Assembly: GCA_050084985.1 (NCBI GenBank)
Contig: JBITNC010000001.1
Span: 165,788,001 to 165,852,000 of the forward strand
From: Nageia nagi
Lineage: Eukaryota > Plantae > Pinophyta
Length of the DNA stretch: 64,000 bases
Reading direction: 5' to 3'
The notes under the pieces are model-generated. The model saw only the letters and a program-made list of their open reading frames with translations. It made no database searches and was not told where the DNA came from. This document shows, in pieces, positions 61,426 through 64,000 of this stretch (the first letter of the stretch is position 1; the number at the start of each line of letters is the position of its first letter). The translations under genes were made by a program, and so were the position numbers.

Positions 61426-61797
61426 TATATCACATTTAAAATTAAATATAAAACTTGAACTAAGAAAATTAGAGGCATTTAAGAAAGATGAATTTTCAAG
61501 GTAGTTGAATTTTATAGTAAAGATGACTTAAATTTTTTTTTTTACTTGTTTAAGTTTTTTTTTATGCAAAGTGGTGTCATAAATTATGTATTAATGCCTT
61601 AGATAATATCAATAGAGGATTTTTCTATTAGATTTTGATGTAAATTTTGCATCCAAATTTGCATCAAAAAGAACAAAAAAATGGAAAAAAAATTAAATCG
61701 ATGCATGACAATGAAACAAGATACAAATTAGCATTGATTTTTAATTTTTGTATTTAAATATACAAAAAAGATGCAAATTAGCCTCTTCTTAGTAGTG

Positions 61798-62412
61798 CAT
61801 GAAGGGGAGTCCCCTTTTTCTTTTTTTGGCAGTCTCTCATACTTGGGAGTCAATGGTTATACTTCTTCGTATGATCCATGGTTAGGATTGTATGATGTAT
61901 GAGTGTACCCTTTATAGGTACATGAAATATCCTAAATACATTAGTGAGAGTGATGATGACCTCTCCCATGGGTAAGTGAAATGTATTAGTATCATCACAC
62001 CAACATCCATAAAGGTAGTTAGAAAATATTTGTTGCATAGAACATACATGCGATGTGTTCTTGAACAAGAAGTATCTTAAATACATCAATGAGAGTGGTG
62101 ATGACCTCTCCTATAGAAAAGTGAAAAGTATTAGTATCATCACACTAATTCTCCATCAAGGTTGATAGAAAATATTTGTTGTAGGGGCATATACAAGGCA
62201 TGTGTCCTATTAACAAGACTTAAAGACTCTAATTTCTCTCTCTCCTTTGTGGTGAAGATATATTCATTGATAATTATCATGGTAGGAATCCATGGCTCAC
62301 ACTTCATTAGATAAGCCTGATCTTGTATCGAAAAAAATAGTGAAAGATAAGATTTCAAGTATATAATAAATTAACTCAAAATAAAGGTTGAATTTTGATA
62401 TAAGAAACATAC
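61798..62412 (-). pseudogene. Second PMD gene, 5' half (with an internal 145-bp duplication and a probable intron at 62412-62323)
   Basis: WCDDTNTFHLPMGEVIITLTNVFRIFHVPIKG; reads GTPLH|DTIYVPLDEVD across the CACTA insertion site. Confidence 0.85.
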
Positions 62413-62832
62413 ATTTTTTGTTCTAAATTAAGTGTATGATATTATTTTGTAAAAATTTAAGATGCAATACACAATGTAGAATGTATAGTTTATAGTTCTA
62501 CATGATTTTAGCTCTCTATTCTCCAAGTGAATATGCTTAGTGTCGAGAGATGCCACCTAGATATTATCATCATTTCATGAAAAAAATTAAACCCATTAAG
62601 TTTTTTGAAAGATTTACAATAAAATTAAATTTGATTCCCACAAAAAATACATAACTTGTACATTTTATTCTCCTAATTACGTAAAAATTTACTAAAATTG
62701 ATCAAAACTAGCTCAATTTGAAAAATTATTCTGCTATAAATACTGTATTAGATATAAAAATAATGAAAATGAAAAAAAAATGTACTTGGTGGTCATTGTT
62801 TGAAGAATGAATGACCAATGCTTGATGTCCCT

Positions 62833-63463
62833 TATAGATGCCTAAAATGAATTCTTATTTATTAAATAATTTATTTTTATACAATTAAGAAATATTTATT
62901 ATAAAAAGGGTTTGAAATATACCAAAGATAATGTAATCAATATAAAAGGACCATTAAACAATGTAAGTGATATCAAATGCCTATGAAAGCATCATAAACT
63001 ATGTAATATGTGATGATACCAAGGAAAAGGGAAGATTCAAATTATCCTATAAAAGAAAATCAAAGGTAATGAGTCAAAGGGGGGATTATATCATCATCAA
63101 ATGAATAGGAAAAATACATGCATACCATATATCCAAATAACAACGTTGTTTTGTAACACCACCTATGTGTGGATTTGTTATTTATCTTTTGGCACATTTA
63201 TTATCTTTAAATTTCTACATTTGATTCTACATATTTTATGATATTTATGGTGTGAGAATCCAAAATATATTGAAGTCATTGTTCTAGGATCTAAATGAGT
63301 GATGATTGTGTGAATGTGTGGCTTATGGTTTACTTCATTAGATCTAATAAAGGTACATATTTATTATTGTTATAATTGGTATATTTTAGATGTATACTTA
63401 AGTATTTGATTTGTATAAAAATAGTATTATGTTTATTGCATTTCACATTATTTTTTGTCTACA
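62833..63463 (+). repeat. Tat-like LTR (~630 bp)
   Basis: TATAGATGCCTAAAATGA start (family consensus TGTAGATGCCTAAAA), CTATAAAAG TATA-like box at ~63047, GTCTACA end. No convincing TSD. Confidence 0.6.
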
Positions 63464-63469
63464 TTTTTA

Positions 63470-63887
63470 TTAGTTTATATCATGATGAGGTTATTGTAAA
63501 ATTATAGCTTGAGATTCCATATTTGAGGATCTCATTACATGAAGACATTCTAGATGAAGATGCAAGAAAAGTAAGGCTACAATGGTTAGAAGCTCTTCAT
63601 GAAAAAAAAAATCATTGTATTAAAAATCAAAAAACATATCATGCAAGGCTAAAAATAGTATTTAGAAAAAGGTGAAACAAAATACATTCCAAGTGGGAGA
63701 CTTGAAGGAAAACATCAATAAAATTGCTATAAATAATGAAGTAAAAGGAAAGTTTGAGCCAAATTAGCTAGGACCATTTGTTGTAGTGGATGCTATAGGG
63801 TTAGAAGCATATAGGTTATCTTTTATGGATGGAAAATAAGATTAAAAAACCTTCAATGCCATGCATCTCAAGCACTTCTATGCATGA
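63470..63887 (+). mobile_element. Tat/Ogre integrase C-terminus remnant (GPY/F module)
   Basis: LEIPYLRISL...RLQWLEALHEK...FQVGDL...KGKFEPN*LGPFVVV...AYRLSFMDGK...FNAMHLKHFYA*. Confidence 0.88.
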
Positions 63888-64000
63888 AGCACAAAGCTCC
63901 ATGCCTCAAATTATCATGATGCATCAAAATGAGCTATGTGTATAGTGTGTTTCTTTTTATTTCAAGTTTTATTTTTTCTTTTTGTATAATTTTGATGCTA

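Noticed and set aside
62833-63463. Candidate 3' LTR partner of the 36171 LTR
   Set aside because: Only the first ~35 bp resemble each other, so it is a different LTR.

Overview
AT-rich, strongly CpG/CHG-depleted plant intergenic DNA. The TE content suggests a gymnosperm or other very large-genome seed plant (inference). I found no intact host gene: the window is a stack of nested, decayed transposons. Best-supported structures: (1) a complete 8.1-kb minus-strand Tat/Ogre-like LTR element at 12782-20904 (about 720-bp LTRs, GTTTG TSD, tRNA-Trp PBS, PPT). It has gag but no recognisable pol, and carries an antisense, apparently intron-containing Plant Mobile Domain (PMD, MAIN/MAIL1-like) gene. 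(2) A Tat gag-pol remnant with archaeal-type RNase H between protease and RT (about 25.4-31.5 kb). (3) An Ogre/Retand-type pol with RH-aRH-INT order (34.0-36.2 kb). (4) A second LTR-gag region followed by an antisense PMD gene, which is split by (5) a 20.3-kb CACTA transposon at 41529-61797 (CAT TSD). The CACTA contains (6) an 8-kb SIRE/Ty1-copia derivative at 41705-49723, TTAGGG arrays, a Tnp2 C-terminal remnant and PPR gene fragments. Also present: an L1 ORF1 remnant, a PPR-fragment mosaic at the window start, minisatellites and microsatellites. Identities and boundaries were judged by eye.
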